DNA from: Octopus sinensis
Taxonomy: Eukaryota
DNA: 64,000 nucleotides
Reading direction: 5' to 3'
NCBI RefSeq assembly: GCF_006345805.1
Contig: NC_043003.1
Span: 112,716,001-112,780,000, forward strand
Made by a program: the position numbers and the translations under genes. The notes beneath the pieces are model-generated. The model was not told where the DNA came from, searched no databases, and worked only from the letters and a program-made list of their open reading frames with translations. The first letter of the stretch is position 1. Each line of letters starts with the position of its first letter. Below are positions 26,627-38,884 of the stretch, in pieces.

Positions 26627-27069
26627 CACATACATATGTATACATATACATATAATATATGTATATGTATGTACATATGTGTACGTGCATATATAACATC
26701 ACACACACACACACACACACGCATATATATATAGAGAGAGAGGGAGAGAGAGACAGAGAGAGAAATAAGATTCGGCTGAATTAGGTACTTAAGTTGGCAC
26801 CAAGTCAAAATCTATATTTTACAAATTTATTGAAACAAACGATCCATGTTCTTTTTTACGCGGTAGAATACAGTCTCCGTATTGTATTGAAAGCCTGCAG
26901 TAAATGTAGGCCCCTGACATACTTACAGACCAGACTGATCTCCATTTTTCTTTGGTGCACGTTGTCATCGAAGTGGCCCTTGACATACTTACAGACCAGA
27001 ATGTAGGCCCCTGACATACTTACAGACCAGAATGTAGGCCCCTGACATACTTACAGACTTACAGACCAG

Positions 27070-27789
27070 CTTCAACCAGTTTCCTCAAATGGCCAGGAAT
27101 GGAATGAACAACCTTCTGAAAGACGTCGTCTGCGATATCATTGAGAACCTCCTGAATCCGTGTCTACAAGTCCTCCAGTGTGCTAGGTTTTGTTTTGTAC
27201 ACCTCTTTTGTGTAACCCTACAAGTAAACATCACATGGAGTGAGATCTGGACTTCTTGGACTTCTGGACTTTTGCGGTCACAGTCTTTAGGTTTTAGCTC
27301 CTGCACATAATGAGGTTTCCACGCACGAAAATTCAATTCCTTATGCAACATCGTACGTATTGCGGGTCTTGTTAGTCCACTTTCATGATTTGTTTAACGT
27401 GTTGACTTTTGCGGGCTTCGAGTAAACATTTCCTGCACTGTTGTCACGTTTTCTACTGATCTGGATGTGGTTGGAAGTTCATTTCTTGCATTATAAGCTT
27501 AAGATGAGAACTTTTTATTGTCTCCGGGCGTAGTGTTGCATGCTTACCTTTCCATGCACGCCACCCTCTCTGAACCAAAACAATGAAATTCCACACTTTA
27601 TAGCGTGCTGTTATCTTAGCTCGCTCCTGAGCAGTCACGCGACCGGTCATCTGGAAAATAAGAAGTAAGAAATTTAGAAAATAAGAAGTCCCCATTAGCG
27701 TTGTCTGTTTAAAAAATGTTTTCGTTGTGCCTTCAGTGATTCTACAAATTTTATAAGCAACTTTTAATGCTTAGTTACTTCCACTCCCC

Positions 27790-27792
<3 letters not shown>
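27070..27792 (-). mobile_element. Internally deleted Tc1/mariner-superfamily element (DUF4817-type N-terminus)
   Basis: Terminus TA|CAGGGGGAGTGGAAG. Translates to MTGRVTAQERAKITARYKVWN..VQRGWR, LHKELNFRAWKPHYVQEL and RSPDLTPCDVYL. Confidence 0.75.
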
Positions 27793-27847
<55 letters not shown>

Positions 27848-28046
27848 CCAAAAATTAATTTACGAAGATGTCATTAATTCTATTATTATCTAATGTAACT
27901 ATTTTAAAATTAATTTTGGTGAATTATTTTTCTAGTAAATTTATCGAGATTATTTTACACTGGTGTGTGTTGTGATTTCGGCGCGAAACGAATCAGTTGC
28001 AGCACAGACTTCGAAGCGATGGATTGGGAGTATCTAATCATAGTAA

Positions 28047-28101
28047 CACGTGCTGAAGAAGCTAAGGTTTTATTTTACCAATGCAGAAACCAGTCCGCGT
28101 G
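28047..28101 (+). ncRNA. Type I hammerhead ribozyme motif
   Basis: CACGTG-CTGAAGA-AGCTAAGGT..ACCAATGCA-GAAA-CCAG-TC-CGCGTG: 6-bp stem I, canonical core, GUC triplet, imperfect stems II and III. Confidence 0.65.
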
Positions 28102-28244
28102 AGTCCAAATACTTAAATGTATGTTAGTAGATTGTCTTAACCTGATTTTGCATCAGTGTATTTTTGGCGATTTAATAAGAGTTTTGACCGTTATTTCTAG
28201 CAGGTAGACATACTTAGTATGTCCTTTGATTAATTATATATATA

Positions 28245-28307
<63 letters not shown>

Positions 28308-31300
28308 CGGTCTTCCGCACAGTTTTCTTGTACCAAACATCACGTACAAAGTATTAGCCAAACCGAGGCTATGTTAGAATATCCGCGCAGTGAGACAGAA
28401 ACCAAACCAATGTGAAGTGACTTTCTTAACCCCTTAGTCAAGCTTACAGTCAGAAAATCGATGCTACAACACTCTTCCTTCCCCAAGGTTTTGAAGAATG
28501 ACATTATCACAATCACCTTATTCTGGTATATAATGATTTACAGACAATATTACTATGGAGAATCGCCTGTGTATAATATTCAAAGACCATCAGTAGAAAA
28601 GGGGCCAATTAAAAAAATGCACCAATTCTTGCTGACAGCAGAGTACTTGGTGATTATATATACGTAGTGTAATATGGAATTTTAAATTTGAAGTTTCTAT
28701 AGTTTAATGCAAAATGAATATAACAAATCAGAAGATCTGTGATATAATTAATCAAAAGTGTTTCATATGATACAATTAATCAAAATTTAATTACTTCAAC
28801 TATATTTTATGATGACATGTAAAGAAAAATGTTTACTCAACTCAACCTCGTTTTGCAGATGGCTTGTGAACTAAGATAATTAATGGTAATTAACGTGATT
28901 GACAATGTAAGTAAACATCATCAGCCAAGCGCTTTTCTTAACCATCAGAGTTTCATATAGCAGACATATAGAAAATTAACAACAATCTCCAGTATTTATC
29001 TCTTTAAAATCACGATGAATTCTGTCTATTAATATTTACGCAAGTTTATTCTTCCACGTATAAAATACAAATTATACAAATTTGAAATTTACCCAAAACT
29101 TTAATAAAGAACCTATAATCATTAAAAACAATATACGGTGTTTGTGGTGTTTATTATCAAACGTGTAATGGTTTCCAGTTGCATTTTTAAGCGGAAGACA
29201 TTTCAAAACCGTCAATATTCTCCATCCTGCAAGTCCCTCTCCTACTCAGGAAAGAATATTGGATACATTTTTCAACGTACGTAGCTAATATCTTTTCACA
29301 TACATTTATAATTTGCTAAAGATAATGGACTCGTTTATTATATACAACTATCTCCCACAACATGCATGCTTCTCCCTCCTTAATGAACACCCATAAGGCT
29401 TTCGTGGCTTCACCTCCTCAGCCAAGCTGTTAATCCCTCACATACTCCACTTCATACATCTCTCTTCCCTTTTTCACTCATATATTGTCCCCATCCTTCC
29501 CAGGTTTCGCTCTACGACTAGTCCTTCCTCGCCAGAAGCTCGTTTTGTTTTTTCTTTCTTGTGAATATTTTCCGCCCAGCCCATTGGCTCACAACTATAC
29601 AAGAAGAACCTTAATTGTATTGATCTTGCCGGACTTGGAGAGCGTGGGGAACATTAGAGTACATTCTGCCTTCCTATTAAACCAATATAAAAAACTAATA
29701 GATGTATCCCTTCTGTACATTATCATTTACGCCTTCAACCACTCATCTATGAAATGTAGAAGCATACCTTCTACTAGTGGAATTTCCGAATTGGTTAAGA
29801 ATTATCATATAGTAAAACTCCTAATATTAAACTCCATTCTTGGTCTATGAATGAGCTACGATCGCGGCTAAGTTAAAGCAGTAAATTAGCGCAACGCATG
29901 TCTAACAAACTTATGATCACACCTGCTTACTGTTCAGTAAACTTTGTGCACCCCAAGCCTTGGTATCCTAGACATACATGTCCGTTGGCAGTAGATGAAC
30001 TGTCTCTCGAAAATAACTTCTACTTTCTGCAAATAGCAAAAGTGCAGGCGTTTTTACTCAAGTCTGATGTCCTCAGGTGAAACAATAAACGTATTCTCAC
30101 TGAAACAATAAACATGTTCTCCATTTCCGTTCGACACGTAAGAAACAGCCTTCTTTCAGTTTACTTTTGAATCATATTAGCCACCTTCCTCGAAATACAG
30201 TCCAGGTTTCAATCCATCTGAAGATTATAATCTAACCTAGCTCCAAGCTTTTTGACAAACTCTCGGTTCAGAGACTCACATTGGCCAGTTGGAGCTTGGC
30301 TTTCAATGGGTTAAGGTGCGTTCAACTGGGTGATTTAATCTTTACTCCTGTTGCTAGATCGTATTCCTATAGTTTGGAGCAGGTTAGCTTCATTTCTGAG
30401 ATGTCAAATGACAGAACTATAACCTCATTTGTGTATGCGTTCGCATTCATTTCGTCCCAGCTGGAAAAGAGAGATCTACAAGACAACCAAATTCTGCAAT
30501 GAGAACTGAAAAGCAAAAACGTACTAAAGTAACGATATGAAGTATCATTACTTGAGCTGGAGCTTTTAAATGGTTCTGAGATATGGCCCTCGCCGTTACT
30601 TCCAAACAGAGTCCGCAGTCATAAGCAACATTTCTGCTTCTGAAAAACTAAAATCAATTGTGCTATGATTAACAAGGGAGATTCCCATTGATCTATATCG
30701 ATTAGAGTTCACTAAATGCACGTCTACACCTAACACGCTCTACAATGTTCTACATCAGATGTTGATACTCCAGGAACGATCTTCCTGTAATCAAATACGC
30801 TTACGTAAATCCGATAACGCAGCCAAGGACAAAGGATATATTTTTTTATGTCGCCTCGAGTTTAATCCTTTCTCCACTAAGTTCTAATTTGTCCGCCCCC
30901 TTCTTCATCAATTGCCAGCTCACACAACCAGGAAATTCCTAACAACCGGCATTTAGCTGCACAGTATGTCAACCAAAATAAGCACTTACAAGTGTGTCAC
31001 GTTTAAATAAATTTCATTGGCTGACCATCCATTCCCAAATGTTTGCCTCTTGTACAGTTGCTCTCTTCTTTTCTCATATTAGATATTATTCCCGATTTCT
31101 CTCAATACGTACTGCCATGCGTATTGTCAGTCTAGGCTCTAAAATCTAACACCATTACTTTACTCCTACCTCTCACCATTCTCTCAATATCTTGGATTTT
31201 CATTTTTGTTTGTGTTATGTTTTGCACACGGCACATTGTTACATCGTGTGAAAATATATATATTTAAAAAATCGAATTATAATCAAATTTATATGTCTAA

Positions 31301-31596
31301 AACTGGAGCCTAAAAGCAATAAATTTATGCGTCAGATACATATAAAAGTGATTTTGTTGTTCCCTTATTGGATTTCATCCGGTAAAATTGAAAATTAATA
31401 CAAAATTGAATATTTGCTTATATAGCAAAGATTATAAAGATTTTTAGGCAAAGTGAGTTCGTATACGTACGCCTTTAGTTTCAATTTTCGGCTGGAATTA
31501 AGCTAACACGCGATAGTAATGAACTTCGTAATTACATTGGTGCCGGGTGTTCGAAGAACGAAAAACTGAAGGTAATTCACACAACAACTGCTTTAA

Positions 31597-31812
31597 TTCC
31601 TTTCTACTCTAGGCACGAGGCCTGAAATTTTGGAGGAGGGGTCCTGTCGATTAGATTCACCCCTGTACGCAACTGGTACTTAATTTATCGAGCCCGAAAG
31701 GATGAAAAGCAAAATCGACCTCAGCGGAATTTGAACTCAGAACGAAGAGACAGACGAAATGCTGCTAAGCATTTCGCCCGGTGTGCTAACGTTTCTGCCA
31801 GATCACCGCTTT
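31597..31812 (-). mobile_element. SINE family A (alternative tail)
   Basis: Family A head and centre, with tail CCAAAATTTCAGGCCTCGTGCCTAGAGTAGAAAGG. Confidence 0.85.
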
Positions 31813-31950
31813 AACAACAGCTTTAATTAAGTATTAATCCACCCATCTGAACAGCATTGAAAACATCCATATTCCTATATTCATGTAATTTTATTTCGTA
31901 CAGGTGTGCTATCAACATCATGTCCGTGTATGCGTGTGTGTGTGTGTGTA

Positions 31951-33184
31951 CAGGGTGCGTAAGGTATTTGGGCACATGCATTTTTTGGTTCATTGCTGCA
32001 TTTCTTGATAACTCTGTATAGTCTTTGATTCAGAAAATAATAATGGCAGACCCTCAGCTTACTCAAGAAATGAAGAGGCATGCTGTTATTGTGGTTATTA
32101 AGGCTGAGCATACGGATTTAGAAATATCTCGATTTTTAAAAGTTGCCAGATCTTTCGTCTACAAAGTTTGTATGGAGCTAGAGACTGAAGATGGAAATGT
32201 ATCACCAGTATCAATGCATAAAAAGCATTCTAAACGCTCTGAAATCATCAGAACACCGGAATTTATTCAGCAAGTTCAAGAGACCATTCATTAGAATCCC
32301 AGTCAATGAGGTCAATTGCATAAGATCTCCATGTGTCAGAAGGAACAGTCAGAAATGTTGTCCACGATGACATCAGATATAAGTCTTATATGATGAGGAA
32401 AGGTCAATTTGTCAGAAAAAGTAAAAGAAAATCACTACAACAGATCTAAAAGGCTCTTGAACAAACTGAAAAATCCAACAGAAGATTTAATTTGATTTTT
32501 CTCAAAAGAGCAAAACTTCGACCAAGATCAAAAAACTAATGGAAGAAATGACAGGTAGTTATGTGTAGACCCTTTTGAAGTTCCAAATATGCATGCAAAA
32601 TTTCCTGCAACTGTCGTGGTTTTAGGGTTTGTCAGCAATGAAGGACATGTGATGCCTCCTTACTTCTTTCCACAAGTCCTTAGAGTTAACTCTACCGCCT
32701 ACATTGAGGTCCTGGAAATAATTGTTAAGCCCTAGATAGACAGTGTATGCAATGGAAGGCCATATCTGTTTCAGTAAGACTCCGCATTATCACGCATGAC
32801 TCTAGTAACACAGGAATGGATGGCTGAAAATTTTCATGATCACATAACACCTAACATTTGGCCTCCTAATTCCCCAGATCTTAATCCATTGGACTATCCC
32901 ACGTAGAGAGTTATTGAGAGAGAGGCCTATGAACACGCCCATAACACCAAAAAGGTTTTGAAAGCTGCCATATTCAGAGTAATGTCTAAAATGAACCAGG
33001 ACCACTTGATTCGAGAATGTAGATGATTTAGATCTCATATAGAAGCAGTTGTTGAAACTGAAGGTGATTTTATTGAATAATAGAGATTTATTTTTATCTT
33101 CATAGCATTTTTTGATAATAAACTTATTACCTGTTATTATATATGTTTTTTATAAACAGAAATATGTCCTCAAATATCTTACAC

Positions 33185-33190
<6 letters not shown>
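31951..33190 (+). mobile_element. DD37D (maT) DNA transposon, full length, decayed transposase
   Basis: TIRs CAGGGTGCGTAAGGTATTTG / CAAATATCTTACACACCCTA, TA flanks. ATG at 32043 (MADPQLTQEMKRHAV); FFSKEQNF; FQ*DSA...WPPNSPDLNPLDY with 37 aa between the last two D residues. Several stops and frameshifts. Confidence 0.93.
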
Positions 33191-33247
<57 letters not shown>

Positions 33248-33289
33248 CGTAAATGTGTATGTATGTACATGTGTATGTTATATATTAGC

Positions 33290-33500
33290 TTCAAATGTGG
33301 TACAGTGTCAGCAATTTCAGGGTTGCGAGTAAATCGATTGCATCGACGACAGTGCTCGACTGGCATTTATTTTATCGATCCCGAAATGATGAAAGGTAAA
33401 GTCAACCTCGGTGGGCTTTGAATTCAGAACGCAAAGACGGGCTGAAAGCCACTAAGCATTTTGCCCGGCGTGCTAACGAATCCGCCAGCTCATTGCCTTT
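33290..33500 (-). mobile_element. SINE family A, degenerate
   Basis: GCTAACGAATCCGCCAGCTC head and TTTATCGATCCCGAAATGATGAAAGG centre. Confidence 0.8.
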
Positions 33501-33711
33501 GTATATGTAATATATCAACGCTTTTCTTTATGTGAAGTTATAAATAAAAACAATTTAAGATTAAACTAAAGGATTACTCGATACTTTTTAGTAAAGTACA
33601 TATGAAATAAATTATTCATTTTTCAAAAAAACGGTTCACAGAGAGCAAGCCGAAACTTCAAATACACAGTCAACCTTTTTCTTTCTTTTTTTTTGCTCTA
33701 AACTCCATCAA

Positions 33712-34505
33712 ATGCCAGGAGGGATACGTAGAAGTAGTTGATAGCTTTTGTTATCTAGGTGACCAAGTCACCAGTGGAGGTGGATTCTCGAAGAGCGTAG
33801 CTGCTAGAATGAGAATATGCTGAGCAAAGTTAAGAGCTTCTACCTTTGTTTGGAACAAAGGCCTCTCCCTCAGAGTGAAAGGCAGACTATATGATACCTG
33901 AGTGCGAAAAGCCACGCTACACAGCAGTGAAACATGGCCTGTGACTGCATGTGAAGGCATGAAAGAAATGGATGTAGTATGCTCTGCTAGATGTTAGTGT
34001 GCTTGTATGACAGAGTGTAAGCGTCTTGAGAGAAAATTTGGGCATAAGAGGCATCGGATGTGGCGTGCAAGAGAAACGAATACGCTGGTATGGTCATATG
34101 ATACGTACGTAATGAAGTGCCGATCTCTAACTGTGGAGGGAACCTGTGAAAGAGGTAGACTCAGGAAAACATGGGACGAGGTGACGAAGCATGATCTTCG
34201 AATGTGGGATCTCACGGAGGTGATGACAAGTGATCGTGGCAGCGATTTGGTGTGCTTGAGAAAATTCGCCAAGCCAAGTGAAATCGTAGTTGTAGCCAGT
34301 GCCGGTGAGACGTAACAGCATCCCTGCTGGGGACATGTACAAGTACCTGTGCCGGTGACACGTAAAAGGCACCCACTACACTCTCGAATTGGTTGGCGTT
34401 AGGAAGGGCATCCAGCCATAGAAACCAAGCCAAAATCAGACTGGAATCTGGTGCAATTCTCTGGGTTACCAGTTCCAGTTAAACAATCTAACCCATGCCA
34501 GCACT
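33712..34505 (+). mobile_element. RTE-clade LINE 3' fragment with 3' UTR
   Basis: VEVVDSFCYLGD, LSLRVKGRLYD, HSSETWPV and VEGTCERGRLRKTWDEV. Tail TTGGCGTTAGGAAGGGCATCCAGCC. Confidence 0.88.
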
Positions 34506-34512
34506 AAAAGCA

Positions 34513-34880
34513 GGGTACGGTGAACATGCCGTAAAGAGTAGAATATCCAACGTTTCGGAATCAATCTTTTGTCAGGAAGTAAACAAAAAGATAAGAAAGT
34601 CAAACATAGTTATTTTACATCCTCCTAGCTTAAAAAACTGGCTGCAACTGATAATGGGCGCAGAATAAGACGAGCTGCTAACGTGATACAGAAGTTATGA
34701 GAGGGTGTGTAGAAAGGAGGTGGGAAAAGGTTCACGGAGAGCAAGCCGAAACTTCAAAGACACAGTCAAACTTTTTTGTAAACTCTGTTTGACTTTCTTC
34801 TCCTTTTCTCTACCTACTGACGAAGGATTGAATCCGAAATGTTGGATATTCTACTCCTCACGGCAAGTTCACGGTATCCC
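34513..34880. mobile_element. Fold-back element with ~100-bp inverted arms, each carrying a minimal hammerhead motif
   Basis: 34513-34610 is the diverged reverse complement of 34780-34880. Plus arm CTGACGA-A-GGATTGAATCC-GAAATGTT; minus arm CTGACAA-AAGATTGATTCC-GAAACGTT. Confidence 0.7.
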
Positions 34881-34975
34881 TTTTCACTTTTACATACATA
34901 TCGCCATGTTGATTCGTTAGCTACTGCACGCATTTTTTTTCTCTCCTTCTTTCTGTGTTTTTCTCTCCCTGTGTA

Positions 34976-35013
34976 TCTTTCTGTTGAAGAGCGTAGGCTC
35001 GAAACGTTAAAGA
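34976..35013 (+). ncRNA. Minimal hammerhead motif (CUGUUGA variant)
   Basis: TCTTT-CTGTTGA-A-GAGC GTAG GCTC-GAAA-CG-TT-AAAGA. Confidence 0.6.
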
Positions 35014-35163
35014 CTTGTTTTATTTATATTTCCTGAGCGCCATACTAATACAATTGTTCGTTTGTTTTCCACCTGCCTTCGTCTTTTGTTTATTTTCATA
35101 AAGCTTCCCGTTATATATATATATATATATATACTCAAAATAAGCAACAAGAATGACTCCGGT

Positions 35164-35255
35164 AATTTGGTACGATCGTTTCGTACTACATCATTTTATT
35201 AAATGTTGTAAGTATTACAACAGTTTTAAAATGCTGAGTACTCATCAGCCAATTA
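35164..35255 (-). ncRNA. Type I hammerhead ribozyme, fully canonical core
   Basis: TTGG-CTGATGA-GTACT..(TGTTGTAA TAC TTACAACA)..AGTAC-GAAA-CGATCG-TA-CCAA. G10.1-C11.1 intact, palindromic stem III, GUA triplet. Confidence 0.85.
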
Positions 35256-35340
35256 TAGAGGTTTTCCATTAATACAAAAATGTTCATATCAAGTGGCAAT
35301 ATTATAGAGAAGGTAGATACATAGACAAAGATGTGGATTT

Positions 35341-35494
35341 AAATTTTAAGAACATTTGAGGTAGTGGAGCTCATCAACTGAGTGACTAAGATTCAGTTGT
35401 TCCAAACTACTTTGGAACAAATTTTAAGAACATTTGAGGTAGTGGAGCTCATCAACTGACTGACTAAGTTTCAGTTGTTCCAAACTACTTTGAA
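35341..35494. repeat. Tandem duplication, ~78-bp unit x2
   Basis: AAATTTTAAGAACATTTGAGGTAGTGGAGCTCATCAACTGA...CCAAACTACTTTG occurs twice. Confidence 0.9.
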
Positions 35495-36420
35495 CTCAAA
35501 ACGTAAAAATGGTCAAAATGCTGCTCTGAATTTCACCTGACGTGCTGAAGATTCTGCCTGCTCGCCGCCTAAGAGTTCTGCACATATGGTTAGTTGGTCC
35601 ATGTTATTCCGTGAGGAACACCGCCACCACTAAAACTGTAGCTTTAGAGGTGTCGGTGTCGATGATTGTGAAAGAAGTATGGAAAATACTGCATTTGATG
35701 GTGGTAGTGTTGCTTGTTGACAAAGTAGTGGAGGAGATGACAGACGTCGTTGCAGTAGCAGAAACATGGGTAATAATAGCGGCATTATTGTGGTTGTTAT
35801 TTTTTGTTTTCTGTCATCAGTTTTGTCCTCGTCATCGTCGTCATTGTCGCTGTTGTTGTTGTCATCGTCGTCATCAAAGTTATTGTTGTTCCCCTTCCAA
35901 TGCGAAAGAGTCTGAAGAAGTTGTTGCAGTTGTCGCTATTTTTCGTTCTTCTTGTATTGTTTTTATTATTGTTATTATTGTTGATGTTGATGGTATCCTA
36001 CATAGGTTTCCTGAAATACAATCATACAAATCAAAGTGTCTTTTCGACGAGTGACAGTTCTAAAAGATTGCTAATGAGTTTGTCAGTGCCGCATCCCCAC
36101 AGCTACACACTCCCCACACGCAGCAACGTTGTTGACATTTTTATTATAAGATTGTCTGCTAAACAACAGACAATGACGTAAATACTTGTCTTCCTTAATT
36201 AGGGAAGGACGGAGAGAGATTTTGCCCCCTTCAATGAAAGCAATGAACAGATTCAATAAATACAAATTCAAAATTCTGTCGGCAAAATTTTAAATAAAGA
36301 GAGAAAAAAATACGGAGCTGCAATATGTATGGTTTGTTGCGCTCAGCTAATAATAATAACAATAATAATAATGATGATGATGATGATGATAATCATGATG
36401 ATGATGATGATGATAACAAC

Positions 36421-36815
36421 AGTGGTTCTCATGGCTCCTGATCTTAACTGATTGCAAGTGTTATCATGTACATTGTTTTGTCTTGGTATAAAAAATGGGT
36501 TACAGTAAACATTCTGCTCAATACCACAGATTTGCTTGTCAGTTGTTTGACTTTAACCAGTTGAACATGTTTCTTAAACAACCCTTATTCAGAGACCTTT
36601 TGAGCAGGATGGGCTACTTGACCTGAAGCAAATTCTAACTGGGACCCACCTGCAAGGTCATGTGCTGTTTATCTTGATATGAGATCACCATGTCGCGCAC
36701 ATGTGGTTGTGATGCATGTACCTAGTGTACCTTTAGCAGACGAGTAGTCATGAGGGGTATACAGGGCTTCGTACATTCCACCCCATTGTTACTTTGATGG
36801 CATCTCACTCAATAA
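36421..36815 (+). repeat. Interspersed repeat family D, longer copy
   Basis: Matches 1-203. Preceded by (TAA)n/(TGA)n and ends in AATAAT. Confidence 0.8.
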
Positions 36816-36817
36816 TG

Positions 36818-38480
36818 ATTTCTTTGTTAGCCACATAGGGTTGATTTTATTAGCTACATAGGGTTGAACAATAGAGGACAAAACAAAGAATGTGTGTATA
36901 TGTGTTTGAGTGGGTTATTGTGAGAGTTTTGCGTGTAAACAAGACTAACATTTTTGTAAAATCAGCAATGTGTGGTCCTCAATAGAGAGGAGTCTTTCGA
37001 GTGCTGCTCATGAAAAAAAACCCATAAAAATCATAGCTACCTTGACTGTTGCGGTAGGTGCCTTTTTTCCTTTCTCTTTTTCCAACTACAGGCGTATGCT
37101 CAATTGAGGCCTGTTCACTCGCACCAATCTAACCACTTTCATCCACCTTTCAAACCACTGGCTAGAAGACAACACTTCCCATTCTACCCTTATTTTCCTT
37201 TCAACTGAAACTTGAAGATGTTGATCAGGAATTGACCAAAGAGAAAAGTTTTTTTTTTCTTCAGCTCCTTCAATTTTGTCCACCATATAACATCTTTCAC
37301 CATGGCCACCAGCCACATAAAGACAGCCCGCCCTTCTCGGTTAAAGGAAGGTGATGGGGCGATCTTCACAATGGATCCAGTTGACATCCGGATCCCACAC
37401 GTCATCAATGCTCAGGCACTGGACGAGTACATGCAGGACCGTCTAGCCGTCCTACGCGCTTCTCGGACATGCTCGGTTGTCACCACTTCCATGTCTGTAA
37501 AGTTTATCTCGAACAGGCAAAGCTCCTCGGTAGCACTGTCAGGCCAGAGATTTTTGGAGACTATTCACTGGTCCCGGGCCGAAAGTTCTCCGGAAGAGAG
37601 CAGCTAATTGATCTTCGACGCCCACGATCTCCCAAAGAACGTTGTCGCACTTTTCCTCCACTAAACCTCTAAAATAATCTAAAGTCGACGTTCCACCTAT
37701 TGCAGTGTCCGATTGGCTGAGGGCTGTGAGCGCTTGAAGTCATTCCACTTTCAAAATGCTCCCCTTCGGTTTCTGTTTTACCCATGATTGCAACTCTGTT
37801 AAAGAAACTAGCTGCGGAAATACGTATGTGGCGAACGGTGACCACACCTGTTCACAATCATAGAAGCACTGGAGATGTCGTAGCCTCAGCGCTTATCTGC
37901 GCATCATCAGCCATGGCATGCCTAGTCTACCACTAAGCGGGTGTTGACAGCAGATGGACCGCTTGACCATCGGGATGCATCCCTTCCACAAGAAGCAGAA
38001 GAGTATACTCTCCAGCATAATCAGACTGTGGTCAGGACAAGACACGACGGTCAAGCAATAGTAGATGACGGACGCGATACACGCGTTAGCCACCTTTGAC
38101 CCATCTCTCAGAGATAGCTTTCTCTCGGTCCATTTCTGGGTGAGTGTAGTCACCCTGCTCGTTACCTTGTCCCAATTTTTGTCCATCTGCAGATTCGGAC
38201 CGAATCAGACCCCGAGCAGTTTAACCAGTGCGTCCGTCCAGCGCCCAACGATGCAATTGGATGGCATGAACTTGCTTTCCCAGGTGCCGAACCACCAGCC
38301 CACTGATTTTTCGTGGTCAATCGTCACTCCTGAAATTGCTCTGTTGTCCCTGAGAGCAGTGCCGATCATTTCTATGTGGCTATGATCCGACACCATTGCG
38401 GTGACGCCGTCAGCATATGCCGGCACGCACCTCGCACATCTTAGGTTGCGCAGGATGTCTCTCAGCTTAAGCGTCAGTAC
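36818..38480 (-). mobile_element. L1/Tx1-clade LINE 3' portion (RT, C-terminal domain, 3' UTR)
   Basis: PAYADGVT, VKLLGVWFG-like, WTERKLSL, FLWKG...VKRSICCQHPLSGRLGMP and a C-terminal EH..TC region. Tail CAACCCTATGTGGCTAACAAAGAAA. Confidence 0.85.
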
Positions 38481-38803
38481 ATACAATCAATTTGACAACC
38501 TAAGTAAATATAAAGACCTGGAAATTGAAATACAAAAGATGTGGCATCTTAAAACGAGAACTTTTCCTGTTGTCGTAGGTGCCCTAGGTATGATAAAACA
38601 AGAAGGAAGAATCATGTTTTAGAGAATTATAAAATATTGTACTGACGAGTACAATAGAAAATCCCTAAATGTCTGTGTTGTATTACATGAGGATATTTCA
38701 CTACTCCCCCCCCACCAAGCTTTCAGTTATACTATACCAGCTCTTATCATTCTCTCACCCCAGGAGGCTGGGTGTGTCTCAGTATCAAACATGCAAATTA
38801 AAA
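38481..38803 (+). mobile_element. RLE-type (R4/Dong-like) LINE 3' end
   Basis: LSKYKDLEIEIQKMWHLKTRTFPVVVGALG, followed directly by (TAA)n at 38805-38877. Confidence 0.8.
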
Positions 38804-38860
<57 letters not shown>

Positions 38861-38884
38861 TAATAATAATAATAATCATGATGA

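Noticed and set aside
26905-27070. CRISPR-like repeats
   Set aside because: Tandem 31-mers without unique spacers, in a eukaryotic transposon context.
29200-31230. Strand-skewed unique region with faint Penelope-RT-like words (LENNFYFLQ)
   Set aside because: Motifs are too degenerate and not in a convincing order; needs a profile search.
35542-36181. 170-aa and 125-aa ORFs
   Set aside because: Low-complexity GTT/GTC/GGT trinucleotide decay with no recognisable domain.
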